Assembly: GCA_002269645.1 (NCBI GenBank)
Contig: NIVC01001367.1
Span: forward strand, 1 to 64,000
DNA: 64,000 bases
Direction of reading: 5' to 3'
Source: Macrostomum lignano
Taxonomy: Eukaryota
In this document: positions 11,851 through 24,049 of the stretch, in pieces
Layout: each line of letters begins with the position of its first letter
Numbering within the stretch: the stretch's first letter is position 1
The notes under the pieces: generated by a model
What the model saw: only the letters and a program-made list of their open reading frames with translations
Database searches by the model: none
Told to the model about the DNA's origin: nothing
Made by a program: the position numbers and the translations under genes

Positions 11851-11990
11851 CTTCTGCTTCTTTAAGGGCAAAATCGGTGTCACTTTTCAGTCGATGTGAA
11901 ACATCGACCAATGCTAGCGCTGCTAGCTTTTCTGCTGCGTGATCCGTTGTTAGGGCCTACTCGATGAGTCGATTAATTAGGCCCTACGAT
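11851..11990 (-). other. CNP: Putative non-coding first exon of CNP
   Basis: Donor CAGAAG|GTGAGC at 11851/11850 pairs with acceptor CCGACAG|CTG at 9710/9709, 23 nt before the ATG; CpGs reappear from about 11875. The upstream boundary is a guess. Confidence 0.5.
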
Positions 11991-12538
11991 TTGAATCCAC
12001 AAAACGTTTTCTAGGAATTCGGTAATCTAAGACTTACAAAATGCAAGACTTACGAAGTATTAGAATTGCGTTTGACTTTGGCCTATAAATAAACACAACT
12101 AAGCGCTTGACGGTTCTTGGTTTACACAATGTGTCGCATCGTTATGTATCATTTAATGAAATAATTCTTATCATTTCATTTAAATATCATGAACTATCCA
12201 GATACACTACTGGTATCACTAGCACTGATAGAAAATTTACGTTTTACAAGAGCTATTGCAATTGAAGTCTAGTAAGATTAGACTTTCTAGTTCGCCAGTT
12301 TTTAGAATTCGCTATTGGAATCTTGGAGTCCATTTGCTATCTTATTATGTAAAAACGAGACTTAATAGATAGTAGGTCAAAGAGACAAGTTGTAAAGTAA
12401 GAAAAGCATTTTGACCGAGCCAATTTTATATTAGCTACAATTTTATACATATTTTCGTATTTACAGCAACAATGAAAACCAGCACGAAAAGAAAACATTT
12501 AGCTTGATTAGATGCATATAGAATATATTTAGCACAAA

Positions 12539-13102
12539 TTAATAGTCAAAGTCTCTTCTGCAACCGCCGTACATTCTGTTGGAAGTCCTCAGTGACCAGT
12601 GTCTCCGCCATTCACTGTTCCTGCGCTTCTGCTTCCTGGCCTCCAGTTCGTAGTCAATGAAGTCGCTCTCTCCTACGTGCCAGCTCCAAGCGAAGGTTCC
12701 GCAGCTCTTACCAACTTTGGACAGATTCACCGGGCTTTCAGGCTCCTGCTGATCCAGTTTCTTCCGTTCTCTGACCTGATTACGACTCTCGTAGTCGTCA
12801 GCCTCCCGAAGCGCCCTGTGCGTCTCGTTCTGCTCCTGAAGTAGCGCGAAGTGAATACTTATGAGGTGACGCTCGCTACTTGTCAGCTGACGAGGCTCAG
12901 CTTCCTGCTGCCCGACCTGTGTGCTTTTGCTTTCGCTTGACAAACCGTCCGAATTGAAGAGGCTGAGGAAGGCTGGCGAGGTGGTAGCTTCGCTGTCGCT
13001 GCTACTGCTGAGGTAGCCGGAGTCCTTGCGTTGCCGTCGAATGAAGCTCTGAAGCTTGTTGGTGACGGTAAAGAGTCGAGACTTGGACTTGTGGCTTGGC
13101 AT
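12539..13102 (-). CDS. Hypothetical 187-aa protein, serine-rich, with a DSGYLS motif
   Basis: ATG-initiated, non-repetitive ORF in a GC/CpG-rich block flanked by AT-rich DNA; no family recognised. Confidence 0.5.
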   Translation of the reverse strand: MPSHKSKSRLFTVTNKLQSFIRRQRKDSGYLSSSSDSEATTSPAFLSLFNSDGLSSESKSTQVGQQEAEPRQLTSSERHLISIHFALLQEQNETHRALREADDYESRNQVRERKKLDQQEPESPVNLSKVGKSCGTFAWSWHVGESDFIDYELEARKQKRRNSEWRRHWSLRTSNRMYGGCRRDFDY

Positions 13103-14232
13103 AGTGAGAGCTGGCGGGCTGGCCGTGCGATGGGCGCTGCGGTGTCGCCCGGATAAATACTCCGAGGGGCGTCAGGTATAGAAAATCTGCGGTTTCTCTG
13201 AAGGCACCAAATCGTCATCGCTATTTTTTCGGTGAATTCTTTTCTAAGGAAAATCCAGCAGATTGCAGGACCTTCCGCGAATTGTGTAAATCGCTAAAAA
13301 TAGATTCCATACCTTGGCATTATTTTCACTGCTTGGTGTGCAAGAACGAGTGGGTTGTGGCTCGAAAGAAAACTCACACTTGTCTGCGTACGTTAATGTA
13401 CATTTTGAGTACAATGTCGAGTGCACACCGTATGAAGAAATTTGAGCAGTCCTTCATCGTTCGTTGCAGACCTCTATTTCACCAGGCCTGCATGAGTCAG
13501 TTTAGCACTATTGATGCAGTACATGCACAAGAAAACATCCAGTGCGTGTATATGTCTGGGATATTTACATGAAATTTGTTCTCACTGAATATTCGACATT
13601 AGGCTAATTCTAATTATAATAATAGAAGCGGTGCTAACTTTTCTGTATCTTCTGATGACGTCAGGAGAGAATTAAGAAAGGCTGTCGGTTCGCTCGTATT
13701 TAATAAGCAATTAAGCTGCAAAACTAAGAAAACATTTCGAGGACAGAATTTCCAGCGTAGAGAGAAAGACTCAATGAGCTCACCGTTTGAGCTGCCTCTG
13801 TTTCCACCATTTTTGGGCTTCAAGGCAGCCATTGCATTGGCCATGGAGTGACGATATTGTTATAAAAGCCAGCTTTCTTGCCTTAGATCATGCACAATAT
13901 CCTGGCTTTACTGCTAGTGGCTCCTCTGCCTCTAACATGACTTGCTTTTTGGTAAGCAGAATGAGAGATGGATGCCCTACAAGCAGTCGTGCGTTTAGCA
14001 GCTCGTATAAACAATAGCCGTGAAATTTATCGTGCTCCTGTTTATTAAATAAATTTTAGATCTAAAGATTTAATAGTATAAATTTTGATATAAATATCAG
14101 TTCGTTTCTAAGTTCAAATTCTATAGGATAGATAAAATACAATAGTACACAGTTTGACAAGAGCTATAGAGTATTTAAAACAGTTTAGGCTATAAAAGCC
14201 TTGCATTTGTTCGGAATGAAGTCTTAGCAGAA

Positions 14233-15596
14233 TCAACAAAGGCTCCTCTCGGACACGGACACGAAGACCCCGGCGCACCTGGTGCTCCGGCCGCTGTTCC
14301 AAGCGTAGCTCGCCGCCTTCACAAGTCGCGGCAGAAGCTTCGGATCGGCGCCAGTTGCTTCGGCGCTGCTGATCCTCGCGAACACCCGCATGCCTTGGCT
14401 CAGAACGCGCAGCAGCTGCGCTCGGACGGTCGGCCGGCCAGACAGGAGGCGCTCGAAAGTGACAGCTGAAAGTCCGTGACGAAGGCGGCTGCCGGCTTTG
14501 AGAGAGAGGACTCGGCCGAACAGCGGAAAGCGCCGGGCACCAGGCCGCGGCTGTACGGCGAGCTCCACTGCGCGCTGACCTCCGCCGGAGCTGCGGGTCA
14601 GAAACTGACGAACAGAGCCGCTGCCAAACTGTTGCCATGACAACCCGTTCACTCTTCCGGGCTGTCCAACAAGACGCCACGGAGACCAACTAATAGAGGC
14701 AGTAGATGTGGGGAGCTTCTTTGTAGAGCAAGTCTTCACAGATTTCGTCCTCGGATTTATTGGTTTGGTCACCACAGCAGTGATCTTGGTGGTCTTCTTC
14801 GCCTTCACTGGAGTCCTTTTGGTTGCCACCTTGGCCATCTTAGCTTTTATAGTTTTTGTCGCGGAGCTCACCGTGGCCGCTGCTTTGGTGGACCCAGCAG
14901 CAGAGGTGGCAGACGCTCTCTTCACGAGTCCCAGCATGCGACTTACGTCACCAGGCAGAGCCGGGCCATCCCTTGTGCGCACCTCGTGCTCGTAGATGTC
15001 CTGAAGAGCGTCGGAGCTGCACTCTCGGCCTATGCGATGGCCATCAGGAAGTCGCGAACTCCGCGAATCTCGGCGAGGGGCAGGCGCAGACCAGCCGTCA
15101 CTTTGGCTACGTGATCCATAAACCTGGTTGCCTGATCGTCCGCTGAACGGCACTGCACACAGTACACGGTCACTCCTAGCTGACGCAGCAGCTCAACCTC
15201 AGCCTTCCAGTCAATGCTATATTTGTTCCTGCTGCTGCCGACCTCATGTGGATACGAGTCGCCAATCAGCACCAGAGCTCGAGTGCTGTTGTTGCGCCAC
15301 GTGAGGTGAGTTCTCGCCTGCTGCAGCACCAGCTCGTAGCACTCTGGCCTGTCCGAGCCACCCGTGCTCGACACGGTCTTAGCGAATTTCACCAGATCAG
15401 CGGTTGAGGTGCCAAAGTTCCGTATCTCAGTTTCATACACGTCACCGTAGTCGCCATGTGCGATGAGAGCCACGCGGATCTCCGGGATGTCCGCGCTGAG
15501 TCGCTCCAGCATCTCAGCAATATTCTTGCGCACTTCATCAAGCACTGAGCACATGGAGCCGGTGGTGTCAAAAGAGAAGGCCAGGTCGAGCGGCAT
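14233..15596 (-). CDS. vWA-domain protein with Lys/Thr-rich linker and C-terminal ET/GIY-YIG-like domain; 1-nt frameshift at about 15035
   Basis: ORF 15596-15030 has a vWA MIDAS motif (LDLAFSFDTTGSM, ALIAHGDY, GG.D.PECYE, LVLIGDSYPH). The coding-like sequence continues in the shifted frame (GRECSSDALQDIYEHEV...) to a stop at 14233; adding one base gives MAICIGRE. Confidence 0.72.
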
Positions 15597-15705
15597 CAGG
15601 CCAGGATGAGCCGTGGTTCAGTTAACTAAACCGTTTGGATATGTGATGCTGATTCTTTAGTCAGTTCTTGATTCTGCTGCTCTGAGTAGGGAATGAGTCG
15701 CCTAC

Positions 15706-15712
15706 TTTTATA
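15706..15712 (-). promoter_or_regulatory. TATA box of the vWA gene
   Basis: TATAAAA on the minus strand about 110 nt upstream of the ATG at 15596. Confidence 0.55.
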
Positions 15713-17475
15713 GACCCGAGATGCCTTTGCGTCGCATGTGGCCACACGCGAGCCTGCCTTGCTCTTGGTCTATTTTTATCGCAGCATTATGCTCTCCCAA
15801 ATGCAGCCACTGTACTCCTGTACGCCTCGTCTCCTCTGACCGTGACAAGCATTGTCAGTTCATGCGCGCACTTCCTGTCGACCCCACTGTCTGCTACTTG
15901 CCATTGGCAGTACGCAGCATTCTGTCAGATTTTGAATGTACTTTTGCATAAAAACTTTCATCTCCGTTCCAGTCGGCATGGTAAGCAGTGCAAACCATTT
16001 AGAGGATGCTGAAAGACCTAGCGTGCACCACAGGTACAGATGGTGCACAAAAGCACTGGTAGAACAGAAGCTGATTCCATAGCTATGGATGGACTGTGGC
16101 CTCTGATACACAAAATGGGCCTCTGTTTGTCTATCAATCTGTCAATCAGGAGCAATATCGCATGATTAGTCAACTGTTAATTGAGGTTATCTTATGATTT
16201 GCCACAACTATAGGTAATCAGTTTAAAATAATTTCCAAAACAATCTGTTATTTTGTTTTGTTTTGGAAATTTCAACTTGTCCCGGATAATCTTCAAAAGA
16301 AACTCCAAGAGATGGCTTGCGATTGCTGCTCTCTAATTCCTAAAGAGGCTGTTGTTCTTTTTTTGTGAATTCTAACGACTATTGGTACGAGACTGATAAT
16401 CAGTTCTGAGACTGATATTGGCAAATCCTGTTGCATGATGTTGAGAAGGCACCTAGCGCATCCCTTCTTTTGTTCCAATTCAATACATCCCATTCTTTGG
16501 ACTCTCTCTAACTCAGCCAAAGCGTTCAGCGACTTCCTTTATGAACATCGTATTTCCACGTTTCCACTGATTCAAAGGAAATTCTTGAAGCCGGCAGCAA
16601 CTAACACAGGCCTGTGATTTGCAGAGCCTTGCAGATAAAGTCAACTACATATGCCTGGTTCAACTCAGCTCAAAAGTTGTTGTCACTCAAGCTGATATAT
16701 CAAGACCTTCGACGCGTTGCAGAAAACTTGAGTATCTCCGTAGGAAGGTGGCTCATTTTGCCACAAACTTAAAAACCCCACTAGCCTTAAATGTTACTGA
16801 CATTACATGCTGGTGGTGACCTCATTAAAGCTCTTCTGCTGTTCATTGTGGTCTTGATTGAAGGTTAAAGAATTTCGGTCACACGAGACATGGCATCAAG
16901 GCAGCTGGAAGGTAGCGGGCTCCTTGCTGGCTGACCGAGCTTCTGCTGACCCAGGTGATCTGAAATTCACAATCTCAGTTAACCAATTCATTAGGAATAG
17001 AGGGTGGCCCGGCGTTCTGGAAATATCCGCTACAACCGCCAAATCGCTATACTTTCATAAGCGCCGAATTTCATCAACGCGAAACAGTTTCTGCTGCGTG
17101 GTAAAACTTCATGTTAATGAAACTTAGTTATCTGCAAGAGGCTGCAAATCATATATTCGGATTTATAAAACTACAGTCTATAAAAGCAATGAAGTTTTGG
17201 TGGTTGGAAGGATTGAAGATCCAAGTCGAAGTTCCCGTCTCTCAAATGAACGCACTGTTGCACTGTATACTTGTACGGAACTAAATAAACAAAATGCAAC
17301 AAAACAGGCGGCCGGTTAAGTCTGGATGAAATATTTAACACTTTTCTAACCCGTAGGATCCCCCTCCGTAGCCCTGTTCATTCGGTAACAAACTATACTA
17401 TAGTATCCCTGGCCTGAGCGCCAAGTAAAACTGATTTTCACAAGTGCTGTTTTGAAGCTCCGCTTACCAAGCCGA

Positions 17476-18007
17476 CCGGGGGGTGTTTCTCGAAACTCAC
17501 GTAAGTTCTATGGTAAGTTAGATCGTAAGAAAGAAATTTACGTGTAGCGTAAGTTTGCTCGTAAGACGCTTTCTCAAAACTTACTTAGACTTTGCGTGGC
17601 TTACGCTGTTCGTAAGTCGTATCTGAAACGAAAAGTTGCATGTCTATGGTCATAAATCTGCAAGTATCTTTACTTGGTCTATCGTAAGTTGCTTTCGAGA
17701 AAGACCCACCTTTGATAAAGTTTAACTTGACTTGGCTTGACTAAAGCTTCACGTACTATGCGATTAGTGCTTTAAGTGCGTCTTACGACTGATACCGAGC
17801 AGTCTAGGGTTAAGATCAACCTTACGAAAGACCATAGAAATACGAACGTTTCGAGAAACAGTCTTTTGCGCATAGTTACGAACTCGTAAAGTTGCGATCA
17901 ATCTTACGCATAGCTAACTTGCGAGCCCTTCGAGCAACCCGTAAGTGTAGCTTACCCAACTTACGTCTATGGTCGATCGTAAGTTGCTTTCGAGAAAGAC
18001 CCCCCGG
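17476..18007. mobile_element. MITE, PIF/Harbinger-like termini
   Basis: Left end CCGGGGGGTGTTTCTCGAAA against reverse-complemented right end CCGGGGGGTCTTTCTCGAAA (19/20); internal CTTACG/CGTAAG motifs and an internal copy of the right end at about 17680-17710. The TSD is ambiguous (possibly CCGG). Confidence 0.8.
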
Positions 18008-18934
18008 AACGGAAAGTGGCGGACCATAGACTACACAGGGCTCGCCTTGGCCCAAGATAGTTCTAGATAGCTTACCATCAGACTTTTGGAGGTTTTAAAC
18101 GGGCTCTGGGTGAAGTTTATAATGTACGTTGTACACGCATTTTGGTTTTGAATGCACCGAGGTCGCGCTATCAAAATTTACATTCGACTGTAAGATACAA
18201 TACGATTGTCGATAGTAAGTGGGTTGAGATCTTCAAACACAGAGCCTAAACGGTTTATGATCTCTCTCGAAGCTCGTGAACGGAACGGAAGCCCTGATGA
18301 TCAATCAATCTTTAGCTGTTCGTCAACATGCATAGCTTCCAAATGGCGGCAAACAATTGTTGCTTTTTTCAATGCATCTCGAAATTAGTATGCTTTGGCG
18401 CCCAAACAAGCAGGAATTTGCTGTTACTCGTTACTAATTAAGGCATCAGTTTAAATAGCCATGCATTGATTCAGGATGGTAAGCATGGGGTATACATGTA
18501 GTCCAGTGCTACGTGTTTGACGTAACCTGGGCTGCATGAAAAACCTGTGCAGACCCCTGGGCTCTGGCGCAGAAAAGTACAGCCGCCAGGCCTCTCCCCT
18601 AGACTTTGTCCACTTCTGGATGGTGCAGTAGCTGACATTGCAGCCAAGATCCCATTATCTAGACAACGGGCCCGAGTTGTTTGAAGGTACACGCCAAGGC
18701 GTGGCCGCCACCATGAGGATTACCTGTGCAGGAGTACACCCGGTAAAAACTCTCACTAACGAGACGGGACTCCCGGCCAGACTAAGCTTCTTGACCCCAA
18801 CTGTACTAGAAATGGCCGCGATTAAGGGATTCTATGCGAGTCATACAAGGAAGTCTATTTAGTGCTGGAAACGAGGGCTTTTGCATTAGGGGATCGATCT
18901 TTTAGCTGGTGGGCGACTCTGCGCTACAATTCCC

Positions 18935-19540
18935 TTCTCACTGAAGACCGAGGTGCTGATTTTGCCGGCTGACATCCCAGACGGGCAGACGACCAGGCTT
19001 GCACGCTGCCAGCGGTTCAACTACCTCGGCGATCTGGTGCCTCACGTAGAGGAGGACCTCCTGCGGCGCAGAGGACTTGCATGGAGGTCTTCCGTTCGAT
19101 CCGGGCCGTCGTCCAGTCCGAAGCCTTGCCCGACCGCCAGAGGGCTCAGCTGTGGCAGACGGTGGTCGTAACCGCCCTGCTCTACAACGCCGAGACGTGG
19201 ACGCTGACGGCTACGCTAGAGCGGCAGCTGGACTCGGTGCACTCAGGGCTGCTCCGTGCGGCCTTTCGAGCTGAAGAGAGCGTCGGGACCGAGGCCATGT
19301 ACGCTCGAGTCAAGCTGCAGCGCCCGTCCATCATTCTGCGCCGGCGGTGACTACAACTGGCGGGCCACGTGATCCGGGCCGAGGGCTACTGCCCCCAACC
19401 TGTTCAGGACATCCTGTTGCTCACCTTGCAGGGCCCGTTCAGGCGGGGTCAGGCCCGAACCAGTCGATACGTGGACTGCCTGCTGTGACGACGCTGGGGC
19501 GCCCGACACTGCCAACGGAGCGGACTTCGTAAAATAACGC
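18935..19540 (+). mobile_element. Decayed 3' fragment of an RTE-clade LINE
   Basis: Frameshifted pieces FNYLG..., ALLYNAETWTLT, LQRPSIILRRR.LQLAGHVIRAE are homologous to the minus-strand copy at 20164-21694. Confidence 0.85.
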
Positions 19541-20163
19541 CATTTTAATCTCTTTCCTCCTGGATGGGCTCGATGCAGCAGGGGATGGGGAAGTGCAGAT
19601 CCCAAAGCTCTCTCATGGTGCACATATTTAGATACTTCTATGAATATTTGGACGTCGGCTCATATTCTGTGATTTCACACCTGGTCCTCAGCTTCTATTT
19701 CATGCCCTGCGACAGGTGCACTCCCTACTCACACTTCATGTCACGATTCAAGGCAAAGGAGACAATAGGCAGAAACAGACAAATATGTGAATGGCTAATA
19801 CCCTGGATTTCTGGCCCCGAATTCTGACACTAATAATTCAGTTAATTATTAAGGTGGATAGATTGAGAATGAATATTCGAAGATGGTGAAAAATAGGGGG
19901 TGGGGGTGGCAATACCCAGACAGTGCAAAGGAGGAAACTACCTTATTAGACGGTGGCGGCTGCAGTCACAATGATCCGGGCGACTCAACGTGATGACCGG
20001 AAGTCTCAAATGGGGGTGGGCGTTAGAGGGAGGTCGCAAAAGATGGGGAAGGGGAGGACAGTTAGCAGATGTCTATTAGGAAGATTCTGAAGATCTAGGA
20101 TTAATCGAAATGGTTAGGGGAATTTAGCTTGGTCCTAGGGGGGATCATCGGTTTGGGTACTCA

Positions 20164-21694
20164 ACAACAACAACAGAATACGCAGTTAGCGTCACAGGGC
20201 CAGGTCGCGAATGAACGCCACGCCGTCAGCCGAATCCGGTGCGCCGGCCTCAGCCAGCAGGCAGTCGACGAAACGCCGAGTGCGCGCCTGCCCCCGCCGG
20301 TAGGATGCCTTCAGCGTTAGCAGCAGCACCTCCTGCACCGGCTCTGGGCAGTACGACTCGGCGCGGATGATGTGGCCTGCCAGCTGGAGTCGCCGATGGC
20401 GCAGCAGGTCGCTTGGACGGACCAGGCCGGCGCGGTGATACAAAGCCGGGTTGGTCACTCGCTCGTAGCTGATCTTGAAGGCGGTGCGCAGCAGGCCAGC
20501 GTGCGCCGTGTCAACTTGCTGCTCGAGCGACTCCGTCAGTGTCCATGTCTCGGCGTTGTACAGCAGGACGGTCTCGATCACCGCCTGGAACAACGCCGCC
20601 CTCTGGCCTCGGACTGCAGGACTGCCCTCACAGAACGATGCCCAGGCAAGCAAATCCTCGCGGACGCCGGGAATCGGACCGCCAAGGTAGAAGAACTGCT
20701 GACAACGCGGAAGCTCTGTCGCCTGTCCATCAGCGCATCGGCACAAAATCGCTGCCTCGATGTCGTCCGGCACGCAGAACACGACGGTCTTCTGCGACTT
20801 GACCACCAGGCCGACAGTCGCCGCAACAGCAACTAGCTTGTCCAGTTGTCGCTGGGCGCCCTCGACAGTTGAGAAACAGCAGGGGGAGGTCGTCGGCGTA
20901 GCCAAGCACGCTGAGCCGCTTCTCCGGTTGACGTCGACCCACGCGTCGCCGCAACAGAAAGCCGTCGTCGTTGGTGGAAGAGCGGTCCGCAGCACCCAGT
21001 CAAGTATGGGAAGAAACAAGAACGGCGCAAGCGTATCTCCCTGAAGCACCCCGGAGGATGTCTCAAAGAAGTCCGATAGGCCGTCCGGTGTTGAAACAGC
21101 AGCTTTCGTATCACGGTACATCGCCATCATCGCGTTGTACGCACGGAGCACCTCTGGGAGCACAGACCTGACGACCGAGTCGAATGCCTTCTTGAAATCT
21201 ATGAAGATAACAATCAGGATCGACTGGCGTATATGTGCTTCCTCGATGACACGCCAAAGAGCTAGGATCTGCATCACTGTGCCGCGATGGGGCCGGAAGC
21301 CGTTCTGCTCAGGACGCAGGTACGGATCCAGCACGGGCTGCAACCGCGATAACAGCATCCGATTGAACAGCTTCGCAGCGCAGGGCTGAAGGCAGATGCC
21401 TCGATACTCCTCAAGCCTCGAGGTGCCCGGCTTCTTAGGAACTGCAACGATGTGCGCCGTGGTCCATTCGTTGGGTGCCTCCTCACCAAAGAGCACGCGA
21501 TTCATCACTCTGGCGACCTCACTGGCCACACAGTGGATGCGCAGCGCCACGATGGGCACCTCGTCCGGACCCAGCGCTTTCCCGCCCGATGACTGTTGGG
21601 GGAGCCTCACAACATCGGCTATGCTGACTGGTGCTAGGCTGAAGCTCTCCTCTGCCGGCAACGGCATCTCCGGCGGCAGCCTCAGACTGTCTGA
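20164..21694 (-). mobile_element. 5'-truncated RTE-clade LINE (RT domain, frameshifted) with TSD
   Basis: RT motifs AVPKKPG, RPEQNGFR, FIDFKKAFDSV, GVLQGDTLAPFLF, and LGYADD in a shifted frame; (GTT)n tail at about 20164-20175; 9-bp TSD GGGTACTCA at 20155-20163 and 21695-21703. Confidence 0.93.
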
Positions 21695-22119
21695 GGGTAC
21701 TCAGTACTGCGTGATATTGAAGGCCGTGACCTGTTCTTGACCTCCGTTACCCAGCAACCCCTGATGACGTCACCCACCATCCGCGCTGTGATTTTACGAA
21801 AAATTGGGGTGGGGCGTAGCGGAGAAAATGATTTATGATGGGGGATTACATAACAGGCGGGAAAAAGCTTGGGGAGATAAGGGGTCATAGAGTAATCCCA
21901 ATGAGTTATCACGGAGACACAGGGAAGAGGGAAAATTTTTGGGGAGGCCAAAGGAAGTGCCTACATCATGTTGTCATTCGATAATCCCTCTTCGCACTGC
22001 ATGGCCCAATAGAGGCCTGGGGATTTGACAACTTTGGCAAGATCATCATCGCTGTTCGCTAGCTAGACTACATGTACGAGGTCGTAAATTAACTTACATT
22101 TATAATTCCGATCCAGGAC

Positions 22120-22332
22120 CAGGGCCGTAGCCAGGGGAGGGGGCAAAGGGAGCCGTGCCCTCAATAGGCTGGCAAAAATTATGGTGCCTCCCTTGCCCAC
22201 TGAGTTGGCGCCGTCTTCACAGGTTAGGCGCCCGGGCCTGTTTAGCAGTTCCCCAACAATATTGCTGGCGCCCCACGATGGCGTCCTTTGATGCTGACGC
22301 CCATCCCCCAAAAAATCCTGGTTACGCCCCTG
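22120..22332. mobile_element. hAT-family MITE (213 bp)
   Basis: TIRs CAGGGCCGTAGCCAGG / CCTGGTTACGCCCCTG; perfect 8-bp TSD TCCAGGAC (22112-22119 and 22333-22340). Confidence 0.9.
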
Positions 22333-22764
22333 TCCAGGACGCGAGACTTTCGTGGAGAATTCGCGGTGACTCTTTACATGCAAGTGGCTCACGATTTCCA
22401 AAGTAGACACGAACATGGACTTGTAAATGTACATATCAGTCTGTCTATTAGCGCTAGACTTTCCCCCAAGCCGAAACCCTTACTAACGCAGGTGACTTCT
22501 CTAGCAGCTTATAATTTTGTTAATACGAGTTCTAAATATGTTTCTAAAGCTGCAGTATGAAATATATACTCTACTATATCTTCTCTATAATTGAATACAC
22601 TGTGCCGCATGCCGAGGGAAAGCCGCCAAGGCCGGCCGTAACTCCCCCCAATCGATCCCACAAAATTAAGCCTCAAAACCGAGCTCCTCCAAAAATAAAT
22701 CAAAGATGTAACCAAACTCGACGAGTGAAAGGAGCTCAGCTTTCACCTCCGCTTGGACGTGGCG

Positions 22765-23240
22765 TAGACCGGCCCAGGAGACAGGGTTTGGGGCGCCCAC
22801 CCAGGAGACAGGGTTTGGGGCGCCCACCCAGGAGACAGAGTTTGGGGCGCCCACCCAAGAGACAGGGTTTGGGGCGCCCACCCAAGAGACAGGGTTTGGG
22901 GCGCCCACCCAAGGGACAGGGTTTGGGGCGCCCACCCAAGAGACAGGGTTTGGGGCGCCCACCAAGGAGACAGGGTTAGGGGCGCCCCGCTAGGAGACAG
23001 GGTTAGGGGGCGCCCACCTAGGAGACAGGGTTAGGGGGCGCCCACCTAGGAGACAGGGTTAGGGGGCGCTCACCTAGGAGACAGGGTTAGGGGGCGCTCA
23101 CCTAGGAGACAGGGTTAGGGAGGCGCTCACGTAGGAGACAGGGTTAGGGGGGCGCTCACGTAGGAGATAGGGGTGCCAATCAAGTGATAGGGGCGCCAAC
23201 CTAGGAGATAGGGGCGCCAACCAAGAGACAGTGGCGCCCA
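22765..23240. repeat. 27-bp G-rich minisatellite
   Basis: CCAGGAGACAGGGTTTGGGGCGCCCAC drifting to GGGTTAGGGG variants. Confidence 0.93.
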
Positions 23241-24049
23241 CCACGACACTAAATATCGGCGCCCCTTCGGGCCGTGACTCCTATATAATCAAACTTATTG
23301 TATGTCACTGTATTGATACACTCAGCAACATGTTAAGGTTTCCACCCCGAAACCAATGGTTCTCAGGTGTCAGCCCCAAGTGACGCAATGTATACCAACG
23401 CCTGCGGTCCTATTCTTAACTGCGGGTAAGGCTGGCTAGCTTAGGCAGGTGAGAAGAGAGCGGAGACTTATGGCAAGAGTTGGATTAAAGCTTCTACTTG
23501 TTGACCAGTGGTTTCTGAGTGCATACAGCAAGCACGCAATACTCGTAATTTGCACTCTGCAGTTGTACAGTGTATGCATGACCAGCCACACGGAGACAGG
23601 AATCCAACCTTTCTTGGAGGCTAACAGTATGAGCAAATTACAGAACCAGCCAATTCTCTCCTTAGCCCAATGTTTACGAGTTGCTATCTAAATGTCTACT
23701 TAAATAAGAACAAATAAGTTCTGCCTTCATTAATATTCAGATAATAAACAAAAAATCCAAGCTTCTATGACCCAATGTACATTTGAATTTACAGTTTTTT
23801 GTAAACAAAACAACGGTAGAAAAGTGGTGCGGGATTTAAATTTTTATTTTTAGACGCAGTTCAGTACATTGAAAAGAGTAAATAACATCCGTTTTTTACA
23901 GACTATACCGAAAAAACCAGCAAATTTGTATCTGCTTGGCGTGTTGAATGCTGTAGTAAAAAATTAATTGGTTATTAAATTCGTTATTTGCATCGTTTTC
24001 TGAATAAAATAAAACCAACTAATTATACATAGTTAGGTTTAAGTAAATC

